Source: Malacoraja senta
Taxonomy: Eukaryota
Assembly: GCA_038087875.1 (NCBI GenBank)
Contig: CM075988.1
Coordinates: 6,822,001 to 6,886,000, forward strand
DNA length: 64,000 nt
Direction of reading: 5' to 3'
The notes under the pieces were generated by a model, which worked only from the letters and a program-made list of their open reading frames with translations, had not been told where the DNA came from and searched no databases. Below are positions 50,971 through 63,495 of the stretch, piece after piece. Positions within the stretch are counted from its first letter, which is position 1; each line of letters begins with the position of its first letter. The position numbers and the translations under genes were made by a program.

Positions 50971-51124
50971 TTCACGCAATCCAATTTATAACAACTTTTA
51001 CCAACTTCTTCCAGCATTCATGTTCTCCCTTGGAAATAATCCCTAAAAAGGAATAAAGTATGGGCAGTTTCAACTGGACTTTTTCATATCTAGCAGGATA
51101 AAGAGATCATCTTTATCCTGCTAT

Positions 51125-53866
51125 ATATGAGGAGGGATAGAGAGAAAGGAAAAGGAGGTGGGGTAGCGTTGCTGGTTAGAGAGGAGATTAACGCAGTGGA
51201 AAGGAAGGACATTAGCTTGGAGGATGTGGAATCGGTATGGGTAGAGCTGCGAAACACTAAGGGGCAGAAAACGCTGGTGGGTGTTGTGTACAGGCCACCT
51301 AGCAGTAGTAGTGAAGTTGGGGATGGCATCAAACGGGAAATTAGAAATGCGTGCAACAAAGGCAAAACAGTTATAATGGGTGACTTCAATCTACATATAG
51401 ATTGGGTGAATCAAATTGGCAGGGGTGCTGAGGAAGAGGATTTCTTGGAATGTATGCGGGATAGTTATCTAAACCAACATGTAGAGGAATCAACGAGAGA
51501 GCAGGCTATTCTAGACTGGGTATTGAGTAATGAGGAAGGGTTAGTTAGCAGTCTTGTTGTGCGTGCCCCCTTTGGCAAGAGTGACCATAATATGGTTGAG
51601 TTCTTCATTAGGATGGAGAGTGACATTGTTAATTCAGAAACAACGGTTCTGAACTTAAAGAAAGGTAACTTTGAGGGTATGAGACGTGAATTGGCCAAGA
51701 TTGACTGGCAATTAGTTCTAAAAGGGTTGACGGTGGATATGCAATGGAAGGCATTTAAAGACTGCATGGATGAACTACAAAAATTGTTCATCCCAGTTTG
51801 GCAAAAGAATAAATCAGGGAAGGTAGTACATCCGTGGATAACAAGGGAAATCAGGGATAGTATCAAAGCTAAAGATGATGCGTACAAATTAGCCAGAAAA
51901 AGCAGCATACCAGAGGACTGGGAGAAATTCAGAGACCAGCAGAGGAGGACAAAGGGCTTAATTAGGAAAGGGAAAATAGATTATGATAGAAAACTGGCAG
52001 GGAACATAAAAACTGACTGCAAAAGTTTTTATAGATATGTGAAGAGAAAGAGATTAGTTAAAACAAATGTAGGTCCCTTGCAGTCAGAAACAGGTGAATT
52101 GATCATGGGGAACAAGGATATGGCGGACCAATTGAATAACTACTTTGGTTCCGTCTTCACTAAGGAAGACATAAATAATCTGCCGGAAATAGCAGGGGTC
52201 AAAGGAGATGGAGGAACTGAGTGAAATCCAGGTTAGTCGGGAAGTGGTGTTGGGTAAATTGAATGGATTAAAGGCCGATAAATCACCAGGGCCAGATAGG
52301 CTGCATCCCAGAGTACTTAAGGAAGTAGCTCCAGAAATAGTGGATGCATTAGTGATAATTTTTCAAAACTCTTTAGATTCTGGAGTAGTTCCTGAGGATT
52401 GGAGGGTAGCAAATGTAACCCCACGTTTTAAGAAGGGAGGGAGAGAGAAAACGGGGAATTACAGACCAGTTAGTCTAACATCGGTAGTGGGGAAACTGCT
52501 AGAGTCAGTTATTAAAGATGGGATAGCAGCACATTTGGAAAGTGGTGAAATCATTGGACAAAGTCAGCATGGATTTACGAAAGGTAAATCATGTCTGACG
52601 AATCTTATAGAATTTTTCGAGGATGTAACTAGTAGAGTGGATAGGGGAGAACCAGTGGATGTGTTTATCTGGACTTTCAGAAGGCTTTCGACAAGGTCCC
52701 ACATAAGAGATTAGTATACAAACTTAAAGCACACGGTATTGGGGGTTCAGTATTGATGTGGATAGAGAACTGGCTGGCAAACAGGAAGCAAAGAGTAGGA
52801 GTAAACGGGTCCTTTTCACAATGGCAGGCAGTGACTAGTGGGGTACCGCAAGGCTTAGTGCTGGGACCCCAGCTATTTACAATTTATATTAATGAGCTGG
52901 ATGAGGGAATTGAAGGCAACATCTCCAAGTTTGCGGATGAGACTAAGCTGGGGGGCAGTGTTAGCTGTGAGGAGGATGCTAGGAGACTGCAAGGTGACTT
53001 GGATAGGCTGGGTGAGTGGGCAAATGTTTGGCAGATGCAGTATAATGTGGATAAATGTGAGGTTATCCACTTTGGTGGCAAAAACAGGAAAGCAGACTAT
53101 TATCTAAATGGTGGCCGATTAGGAAAAGGGGAGATGCAGCGAGACCTGGGTGTCATGGTACACCAGTCATTGAAAGTAGGCATGCAGGTGCAGCAGGCAG
53201 TGAAGAAAGCGAATGGTATGTTAGCTTTCATAGCAAAAGGATTTGAGTATAGGAGCAGGGAGGTTCTACTGCAGTTGTACAGGGTCTTGGTGAGACTACA
53301 CCTGGAGTATTGCGTACAGTTTTGGTCTCCAAATCTGAGGAAGGACATTATAGCCATAGAGGGAGTGCAGAGAAGGTTCACCAGACTGATTCCTGGGATG
53401 TCAGGACTTTCATATGAAGAAAGACTGGATAGACTTGGCTTATACTCGCTAGAATTTAGGAGATTGAGAGGGGATCTTATAGAAACATACAAAATTCTTA
53501 TGGGGTTGGACAGGCTAGATGCAGAAAGATTGTTCCCGATGTTGGGAAGTCCAGGACAAGGGGTCACAGCTTAAGGATAAGGGGGCAATCCTTTAAGACC
53601 GAGATGAGAGAAAACGTTTTCACACAGAGAGTGGTGAATCTCTGGAACTCTCTGCCACAGAGGGTAGTTGAGGCCAGTTCATTGGCTATATTTAAGAGGG
53701 AGTTAGATGTGGCCCTTGTGGCTAAAGGGATCAGGGGGTATGGAGAGAAGATAGGTACGGGATACTGAGTTGGATGATCAGCCACGATCATATTGAATGG
53801 CGGTGCAGGCTCGAAGGGCCGAATGGCCTACTCCTGCACCTACTTTCTGTGTATCTATGTATCTAT
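51125..53866 (+). mobile_element. CR1-clade LINE (HER1-like), nearly complete ORF2 (APE endonuclease and RT) with frameshifts, and 3'UTR
   Basis: GGGVALLV, VGVVYRPP, IMGDFN, ILDWVL, SDHNMV (APE). KSPGPD.LHPRVLKE, NYRPVSLTS, QHGF, GVPQG.VLGP, KFADET (FADD changed to FADE), HLEYCVQFW. Split into three ORFs. (TATC/TATG) tail. Confidence 0.95.
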
Positions 53867-54184
53867 TTTGGATGATAACTTAAAGGATAAGTTTCATCCT
53901 AGAAAGATTTTCCATTAAAATCATTCTTAAGCAGTGATTTTTTGTTCCGACTCCTCTGAAGAGTTAAACATAGATTTTAGAATTTTTAATATTAAAAAAA
54001 GATTCCTTGACATTTGAAAAATATGACAATAATTAAATTATGTGGTAAGGTCTTTAAATGACTCAAGCAGTTTATAGGACAATGATCTGCCATGGACACC
54101 AACAGCAAGGAACATGCGCTGGGGTCCAGTGCATCATGGATAAGGATGATAACTTTGTAATTTGATAATTGATTGATTGAGTAG

Positions 54185-57100
54185 TTTAATTTAGTTTAGT
54201 TTAACGAGGCCTTTTGGTGCACCGAGTCCGTGCCAACCAGCGATCACCCCATAATCTAGCACTATCCTGCACATTAGGGATAATTTTACAATTACTGAAT
54301 TACCAAAGCCAATTATCCTACAAACCCGTTTGTCTTTGGAGTGTGGGAGGAAACCGGAGCACCCGGAGAAAACCCACGCGGTCACAGGGAGAACGCAGAA
54401 ACTCTGTACAGATAGCATGTAAGGAAGCAACTCCACCGCTGCGCCACCGTGCCACCTCCTGCTGATGTTTGCAAACTGTTGGGCAGTTTTGATCCTTCCA
54501 GTGCTTTGTAACTGTGATCATTGGAATGAAATCTCATTGTTAAGGAAGAAAAACAGCGAGGAACAATATGCGTACCGACAAAACAGCTCTGCTTTAAGGG
54601 ATAATCAGAAATAAATCACATAATGCTTCCAGATAGATTCAGTCATTCTAGAGAATGCTGGCAAATGCGGAAATTCACATGTAATAACACTGCACTCTTC
54701 TATCAAGGGTAAGGATTAGAAGCTGTTGATTCTACTGAGCTCTGGTTTAGAAGCAAGTTAGTTACCTCTGTGACTGCAGTATTGCCATTAAGCTGGCGAG
54801 GCGATGGTTGCTCTCCATGTAACTGCCAAAGCTGCTGTTTATTCAGTGGGATAAGGAAAGGTCACCGTGCAGAGTTCCTGTTTATTTTGCACGATAAGGG
54901 CTATTCACTCAACAATTGCATGAGTTGTCATCTTCGTCCTACTTTGAAAGTTATTAATAAAATAACAGTATTTGATGGTGTTGAGCTCCACTGCACGTTC
55001 TGTTATCCAACAGATAGTGTTTCTAATGTCTCTTTCTAAGCACAAATTTCCTAACTGCAAATCTTAAAAGGTTATTTTATCAGCTGCAAATTATTACCCA
55101 CTGCAGCCTGTTGAAAGGAGAGGTTGCTTTATAGTTAGAAAAATTAAAGAATATAAGGAGACTATGTATAGGATTACACAGAACTTTTATTTTGCACTTT
55201 AGACTTTAGAGATACAGTGTGGAAAGAAACCCCTTTGGCCCACTGAGTCCACTCTGACCAGCAATCATCCTGTACCCTAACACTATCCTACACACTAGGG
55301 ACAATTTACAATTTTGCCAAAGCCAATTAACCTACAAACCTGTATGTCTTTGGAGCGTGGGAGGAAACCAGGACACCAGGAGAAAACCCACGCGGTCACA
55401 GGGAGAACGTATAAACTCCATACAGACAGCACCCGTAGTCCAGATTGAACCCAGGTCTCTGGCGCTGTAAGGCAGCAACTCTACCACTGCGCCACCGTGC
55501 CGTCCTACATTTTTCAACAGTATTGTATCTTCCTGTGCAAGGCTGTAGTAGAATCAGGAACTTTGGGACATCCGAGAGTAGTGCAGTTGTAAACTAACAT
55601 GCAGTCGAGAACAAAATGAAGGGGCTCTCGGAGAGGAAGTGAGAGTAGAGAGAGAAAGGCATTTGTAACGTTGGTGACAACAATGTAAATAGAGACATAA
55701 AGAACTAACTTTACCCAAAATAGTAATCTTGTGTGAAGGCATAAAGAACTGCAAATGTTGGTTAACGAAAAAAAGACACAAAATGCTGGAGTAACTCAGC
55801 AGGTCTGTCCGCATCTTTGAAGAACATGGAAAAGTGATATCTCAGGTTGGGACCCTTCTTCAGACGGATCCCGACACCCAGACCTGATGAAGGGTCCTGA
55901 TCTGAAACGTGATCTTGTGTGTTTAGTGTGACTGATCCTTGTACTTAATCTGAAACTGACCCACACTTAATTTGCATTTATTGAACTAGTGAAAGGGAAT
56001 ATTTATTAATAGGCCGTGCAACCTTTCAAACCTGGATTAGGCAAATATAATCAATCTGAAATTGATGTTATATCACATACGGTCGATATATTAGCTTCAA
56101 GCTTGGGAAATTTCGCATCTTGGTCAGAAGGATCATGGTTTAGAACATAGAACAGCACAGCACAAGAACAGGTCCTTCGGCCCACAATGTCTGTGCCGAA
56201 CATGATACCATGACCAAAGATTAACACAGAGTGCTGGAGTAAGAAGTCTGAAGAAGGGTCCCAAAACATCACTCATCCTTTTTCAGATGCTGCCTGACCT
56301 GCTGAGTTACTCCAACTTTGTGTTTAACTTTGGTATAATCCAGCATCTGCAGTTTCTTTGTGTTTAACTTTGGTATAATCCAGTTTCTTGTTTCTGCATG
56401 ATGCGAAGACCATCTCTTTATGTGTCTTGCATATAATCCATATACCTACATTCCCTACATATCTATACACCTATCCAAAAGTCTCTTATGTCATCCCAAT
56501 GCAGTAAAATCATACTGCATATAAGCCCACTCATGCATAAGTACAAGACTGCAATGATATGGCGTAAGAAGAGTAGATTTCTTCTGAGGCAGTTCACAGA
56601 GGCTCCACATTTCTGCCGCCTACTTGTATCCTTCGCATTTCAAGTTCTTAAAAATACCGAGTTGTTTGTTACCCTTTAAGGCCTGTTGTCGTGGCAGTGG
56701 CAGTGGGTCGGTGTTACAGGGGTCAGCCTGGCCTGGCAATGTTGTCAATGTGGACCACCGCATCTGATCTACGTGCTCATCAAATAATAATGTGATCTGC
56801 ATGTTCTTTGAGCAAATAGGAACTGCTGTTAGTCAAGGCAGTCGAAGTTCAACATGTCACTGCGGACGAAGATTTGGGAGTTTTCTTTCTGTCCTGGGCC
56901 TCCTCCTTCAGTTTAGTTTGGTTTAGAGTTACAGTGCGAAAACAGGCCCTTCGGCCCACTGAGTCCGCACCGACCAGCGATCCCCGTACACTAGCACTAT
57001 CCTACAAACAAGGAGCACGTTACAATTTTACTGAAGTCAATTAACCTACAAACCTGTACATCTTTGGAAAGTAGTTGGAAACCGGAGCACCCGGAGAAAA

Positions 57101-57218
57101 CCCACGTGGTCACAGGGAGACGGTACAAACTCCGTACAGACAGCACCCGTGGTCAGGATTGTACCCGGATCTCTAGCGCTGTGAGGCAGCAACTCTACCA
57201 CTGCGCCACCGTGCCGCC
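54185..57218 (-). mobile_element. Three HE1-like SINEs (54185-54455; 55198-55505; 56910-57218); span also contains unrelated sequence
   Basis: Consensus SINE copies at the three listed intervals. Confidence 0.8.
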
Positions 57219-57982
57219 TCTGTTGCTCTATCGTACTTCACAAAGTCAATGAGGATGAATGAGCATTTAATCTGACGGTGTGATTAATCACAAGGGAACT
57301 GTTGGTCTTGAACACAGGCATCACTGCACAGAGTCTTTGAGTGTAAATAACAAAGAGGAAAAAAATAATCAAACTGGACCCACTCTTAGAGTCTAAATAC
57401 AGAATATCAAAATTATTGGAAATACAGGAGAAAACTATTGTGGAGCGGGAAGGAGAGTTAACACTTCTGGTTAATGATCTTACATCAGAAGTGGCAAAAG
57501 TCAGAGATAACAGGCATTTTAAAATGGCAGAGGAGAAGGGAATAAATGTGATTGCATTGAAGGGAGGAGAAATCAGATGGCAGCAAGGGCAGTAGTTGGT
57601 GAGAAAGGTGGTTCTTAGACAAATAAGGAAATATAAGTTTAATTTAGAGGCGGTTGCAGAATAATTACCAGAAGAATATGAGATGAATTCCGGAGATTTT
57701 AAATAAATATCCTCGACATGATTCGGATATGAAACTGTTCTGTCTGGAATGCAATGTGGTTAGCATGTCTTCAGTGGCTGGGACATTGTGACCAAATACT
57801 CCAAGTCTCATCCACAGGCTCATTACTGCCACTGAAAAATGATCAAATAATTATTTTCTATCCTAAATACTAGTTGGTCTTGAAAACAGGCATCATCGCA
57901 CAGAGTCTTTGTAAATTATAAACAGGAAAAAAATAATCAAACTTGACCCACCCTTAGAGTCTAAATACAGAATATCCACCAA

Positions 57983-58232
57983 GATGCAGGACCGAACACC
58001 ACAGGAGATCCTACTACCCTGTGGCTATCAAACTGTACAACTCCTCTCCCTTCTGTCGTGGGGTAGACTGAGACTGAGACTGACTCCCCTCCCCCCCCCC
58101 AATCTTTGCACATTCCCAATCCTTTCCACTCGTCACTTTAATTTCATGTTTCATGTATTTTGCATTTCTTGTGACTGTCGGCAGATCTATTTCCCTCCTG
58201 GGATAAATAAAGTTCTATCTTATATCGTATCA
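57983..58232 (+). mobile_element. Rex1-type LINE 3' end
   Basis: RCRTEHHRRSYYPVAIKLYN ORF end, CCCTCCTGGGATAAATAAAGTT and TATCG-type tail. Confidence 0.65.
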
Positions 58233-59177
58233 TAGTTAAATGCACATTCCCATCGGAGTCAAATCCCCTGGTCAACTTCAGAGTGTTAATTGGAATAACA
58301 TACAAACTGACACGCAATATAAGTATCCAATCGTGTTATGAATGTTTATCATGTTGCTTCTTCAAAAGTAATAGACCCATCACTTGAACAGGATGTTGGT
58401 GAGGCCACATTTGGAGTATTGTGTTCAGTCTTGATCATCCTGCTATCAAAAAGATATTGTGAATCTGGAAAGAGTGCAGAGAAGTTTTACGAGGATGCTG
58501 CCAGGACTTGAGAGGCCCGAGGGTTTTGTACATTGGCCTTCATCAAGGTGTTGAGTATAGAAGTTGGGATGTTATGTTACAGTTATACAAGATGTTGGTG
58601 AGGCCACAATTGAATAATTGTGTTCGGTATCAGACAACCTGCTATAGAAAGGGTGTAAATAAGCTGTAAAGAGTGCAGAGAAAATTTACAAAGTTGTTAC
58701 CAGGACTTGAGGGCCTAAGATATAGGAAGAGGTTGGGCCAAATATGGGCAGATGGGACTAGTGTAGATGAGGCATCTTGGTTGGCCTGTGGGCATGGGCA
58801 AGTTGGGCCGGTGCTGTGTGACACTAGGACTCTATGACAACAGAATAATCAAGATACCTCAGTGATAAGTGGTCGTTATACAGAGATGAGTGGAAGGACA
58901 TGTGAGCAACAATGACAGGAGCTTCCATTGTTACAGCGTTACTGATACTGAAGAATGTGATTCCAGATGGTGCAATGGTTCCGTGGATGTAGCCAAACAT
59001 CTGTAGAACATGGAGAAGAGATGGCTTATGGCCAGAGATTGTGGTCTACATTCAGTGAGTTAAAGGAAGAGTGAGGTCCAGCACACTGATTATTGGGAGG
59101 CAGGGATGCAATTACAAAACATAGCCTCAAAGGGTATAATCTTTGGAATACAGCCAATATTACGGATTCAAGGTTAT

Positions 59178-60335
59178 GATCAAGTCAAGTCAAGTCAACT
59201 TTATTTGTCACATACACATACAAGATGTGCAGTGAAATGACAGTGGCAATGCCTGCGGATTGTGCAAAAACTACAGAACAGAATAGAACAGAATCAGTAT
59301 TTACATGTTAGAAACCCCCCCAGCAATTTTAAAAAGACACAACACAACAGTAAATTAGTCCCTGGTGAGATAAGAGTTTACAGTCCTGATGGCCTGTGGG
59401 AAGAAACTCCGTCTCATCCTCTCTAATTTCACAGCATGACAGCGGAGGCGTTTGTCTGACTGTAGCAGCTGGAACAGTCCGTTGCTGGGGTGGAAGGGGT
59501 CCCCCATAATGTTGCTGGCTCTGGATCTGCACCTTCTGATGTATAGTTCCTGCAGGGGGGCAAATGTAGTTCCCATAGTGCGTTCGGCCGAACGCACTAC
59601 TCTCTGTAGAGCCTTCTTGTTGTGGGCAGAGCAATTCCCAAACCAGATTGTGATGTTGCCGGACAAGATGCTTTCTACAGCCCCTGAGTCGAAGCATTGA
59701 AGGATCCTCAGAGAGACTCTGAATTTCCTCAGCTGCCTGAGGTGGTAAAGGCGCTGCCTTGCCTTACTCACCAGTGCGGCAGCGTGTGATGTCCATGTTA
59801 AATCCTCTGTGATGTGGACTCCCGGGTATTTAAAGCAGCTCACCCTATCCACAGTAGCCCCATTTATCTCCAGTGGCTTATACGTCCTCGGATGTTGTGC
59901 TCTTCTAAAGTCCACAATCAGCTCCTTAGTTTTTATGACATTCAAGAGGAGGCTGTTGTCCTGACACCAGAGTGCCAGATCAGCCACCTCCTCCCGGTAG
60001 GCCTTCTCATTGTTATCGGAGATCAGGCCCACCACCACAGTGTCATCAGCAAACTTGATTATAGAGTTGGAGCTGAACACAGTCATGTGTGTATAGGGAG
60101 TACAGACGGGGGCTGAGGACGCAACCCTGGGGGGATCCTGTGTTCAGGGTGCAGGTGTTCGATGTATTTCCTCCCATCTTGACTACCTGGGGCCTGACGG
60201 TGAGAAAGTCCAGGACCCAGGTGCACAGGGGAGTGTTAAGCCCCAGTTCCAGCAGCTTCTCAGCAAGTCTGGTGGGGACTATCATATTGAAGGCTGAACT
60301 GAAGTCAATGAACAGCATCCTCACATAGATAGTCA
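59178..60335 (-). mobile_element. Rex1-clade LINE, 5'-truncated
   Basis: [58 protein letters not shown]; (CTTGA)n tail. Confidence 0.92.
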
Positions 60336-60530
60336 TCTTTGAATTACTGCTAGTGCCACGGACTGGTGAGAACAGATGGGTGGTGCATACGCAGAAAGAG
60401 CTGGAAGAAGACATCGTGAAGGTGTGAACTATTATGACTTTTACATTACATTTTGTTCAGTTAGACCATTAGGAAATGTTTGGAGGGATATGTGCCAGAC
60501 ACCAGAAAATGGGATTAGCTCATTTCAGCA

Positions 60531-60755
60531 GAAGATAGACACAAAAAGCTGGAGTAACTCAGCATCTGTAACAGTAACAGTATCAGGCAGCATCTCTAGA
60601 GAGAGGAATGGGTGATGTTTCGGGTCGAGACCCTTCTTCGACCCGAAACGTCACCCATTCCTTCTCTCCAGGGATGCTGCCTGTTCCGCTGAGTTACTCC
60701 AGATTTTTGTGTCTTATCTCCGGTTTAAACCAGCATCTGCAGTTCCTTCCTGCAC
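60531..60755. mobile_element. Palindromic Penelope-like cassette with 14-bp TSD
   Basis: AGCTCATTTCAGCA at 60517-60530 and 60756-60769. Head-to-head partial hammerhead motifs at ~60612-60655. Confidence 0.82.
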
Positions 60756-61659
60756 AGCTCATTTCAGCAACTTGGCTCTCATGGACGAATTGAGCACGAG
60801 CCTGATTCCATGCTTCATAGGTCTATTTGTCTACAACTCTTCAGGAAGATAGTGCAAATGAAAGCATGGATAGTTCACGAGGGACACGGAGGGTTTTACA
60901 TTCCTGAAGCATGGGGGGGTGGTGGAGTGGGGGGGGGGGGGGGGGGGGGTGAGGCCAAACCTGCACAAGCATTTCACAGGACCTGGAATAGCCATCTTTG
61001 TGGGGATATTTGCTGGCACCTTTAAACTACCTTAGCACGAGCATGCAAAACTGACAGCAGTTTCAAACAGGAGGGGGACATTAGTCGATTAATGGATTAG
61101 TAAACGGCGCCAGAGTATTGCGACTTTTGCATGTGTAAACTATGCAAAAAGAATTTCACAGTGCAGTGCGCATGTGACAACACACAACCATTGAAGTGGA
61201 AGGTTGCAGTTTAGTGAAGAATGGCACATTTGAGAAGCATCCAGCCAAGCACTTCAATCACAAAGGTTTAGCAAGCTATGAACCTTATGTGGGAAAATGG
61301 GATTAATATAGATGAGTGCAATGGTCAGCATGGATGTGGTGGGCTGAAGGGCCTGCTTCTGTAATGTGCAGCTCAATGAGTGTATAAAATGCAGGGATGA
61401 ATTGGACTAAGAAATGTAGGTTAGTATAAAGTACCAAAATGGTCTGGCAGGGTGTTCTTGAATGCAAATAAATTGAAGGCATTTAACTGAGGGCTCAGAT
61501 AGATTTAAGTGAAGATTGTATTACAGACATTACCAACATGGCAGTGTTGCAGAAATGGGCTACTCAACATTTCTGCTTATAGGGTTTTCAGTCAGGGCAA
61601 AGGGTTGAAGATTGGGTAGGAAGGGGGCAGTGGTTGGAGGAAGGAAGTGGGTTTGATGC

Positions 61660-62335
61660 TATAGTAGGTGGTATTGTGGACAGTGAAGATGGTTATCAAA
61701 AATTACAGCAGGTTTAACAGCTGTGCAAATAGGGTAAAGAATGGCTAATGGAGTTTAATGCAGTTAATTGTGAGGTGTTGCATTTTTGGAAGCCTGGGAA
61801 TGTTGTGGAGCAGAAGTATCTATGAACACAGGAGCAAGGATCACTCTAGATTGAGTGGCAAAGAATGTTTTGGTACATTGGTCTTCATCAGGCAGGGTAT
61901 TGAGTCTGAAGAAAGGTCTCGACCCAAAACATCACCCATTCCTTCTCTCCAGAGATGCTGCCTGTCCTGCTGAGTTACTCCAACATCTTGTGTCTATCTT
62001 TGGTTTAAACCAGCATCAGCAGTTCCTTTTTACATATTGAATATAGAAGTTGGGACATTATGATACAGTTGTACAAGACGTTGGTGAGGCCACAATTGGA
62101 CTATTATGTTCGGTTTTGGTCACTCTGCTATAGGAAGGATGTAGTTAAGCTGGATAGAGCGCAGAAAAAATTATGAGGAAGTTGCCAGGTCTTGAGGGTC
62201 TGAGCTACAGGGAGAGGTTGGGCTGTCTATGACTTTAATCTTTGCAGCGCAGGAGGCAAATGGGTGATCTAATAGAGGTGTATAAAATCATGACGGAAAT
62301 TGATAGGGTGAAACCACAGAGTCTTTTCAGAGTAA
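61660..62335 (+). mobile_element. Degenerate CR1 LINE fragment with a Penelope cassette inserted at ~61904-62034
   Basis: QLYKTLVRPQLDYYVRFWS-like peptide. TATTGA on both sides of the insert. Confidence 0.7.
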
Positions 62336-62850
62336 AGTCGGAGAACTGAATGTTCATACCATTAGGTTGTAAGCAAGTCAAGTGGAATAGAGGTGCTGTT
62401 CCAGCAGTTTGTGTGTGACCTCAGTCTGACAATGGAGGAGACTCAGGACAGAAAGGTCAGTTTGGGAATGGGAAGGGGCATTAAAATGGTTTGCAACTAG
62501 AAGATCCAGCAGGACTTGGTGGACTGAGCACAAGTGTTTGGCAAAATGGTCGCCAAGTCTAGGTTTGGTCCAAGAGGTTGGTACAAGAGGCCACATTGGG
62601 AATACCGGATGCAGTAGACGAGGTTAGAGGAGGTGCATGTGAACATCTGTCTCACCTGGAAGGACGGCTGGGGTCCCTGAATGGAGGTGAGGGAGAAAGT
62701 ATAAGGACAGTTGTTACATCTCCGGTTTTTGCAGGGGAAAGTAACTGGGGAGGGGGTGGTTTGGGTGGGAAGGGATCAATGAACCAAGAAGTTGCGGGGG
62801 GAGCGGTCTATGCGGAAGGCAGAAAGGGGCTGGGATGGGAAGAAGTACCT
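62336..62850 (-). mobile_element. Penelope-like element GIY-YIG endonuclease relic
   Basis: RLGDHFAKHLCSV..VANHFNAPSHSQTDLSVLSLLHCQTE..KLLEQHL..LQPNGMNIQF. Upstream Cys-rich piece (..CIRYSQCGL..). Confidence 0.8.
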
Positions 62851-63174
62851 GTACCTTAGCATATTTGTGCATATGACAACATATTGGGCTGGACCTGACT
62901 TGACCTTTCTCACATTCAACAGGTAGCTGAGCTGTAACATGTAGATGCTATGCCAAACCCAGCTGAATATCTTGCATCTCGGCTGTTCTCACTCGCAGCC
63001 ACGTTTTTTTCGAAAATAATTTTATTTATACATTTAAATTATTCTCAGTTAAATTTTTACAAATATACATAGAAAGAAAACATCAAATAAAAACGAGATC
63101 GTATTTGCAACTCTGCTGAATCTGTAGGTCACCTCCGTCTCTGCCTCTGCTCGCCTGATGTTAGACGTAAAAAA

Positions 63175-63495
63175 AAGACACAAAGTGCTGGAGTAACTCA
63201 GCGGATCAGGCAGCATCTCTGGAGAAAAAGGATGGGTGATGTTTAGGCTCGAGATCCTTCTTCCGACTGCAGAAGAGCCCCTGACCCTAAACGTCACCCA
63301 CCTTTTTCTCCAGAGATGCTGCCTGACCCATAAATTACTCCAGCACTTTGTGTCCATCTTCGGTATAACCTAGCATCTGCAGTTCCTTTTGTACACACGT
63401 CACCTATCCATGTTCTCCAGAGATGCTGCCTGGCCCGCTGAGTTACTCCAGCACTTTGTATCTTTTTGTAAACCTGCAACTGCAGTTCATTGTAT
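63175..63495. mobile_element. Palindromic Penelope-like cassette with an extra tandem arm
   Basis: One inverted arm followed by two direct ACGTCACC..AGAGATGCTGCCTG..TTACTCCAGCACTTTG arms. Confidence 0.75.

Noticed and set aside
51127..53574. Active CR1 element
   Set aside because: 5'-truncated, at least two frameshifts, and FADD changed to FADE.
1725..57218. tRNA-like A/B-box sequences
   Set aside because: They are SINE heads continuing into V-core and LINE-like tails, not tRNA genes.
5010..63495. CRISPR-like or satellite interpretation of the recurring GCTGGAGTAACTCAGC motif
   Set aside because: Copies are dispersed, in both orientations and irregularly spaced in a vertebrate context. They are explained by Penelope pLTRs.
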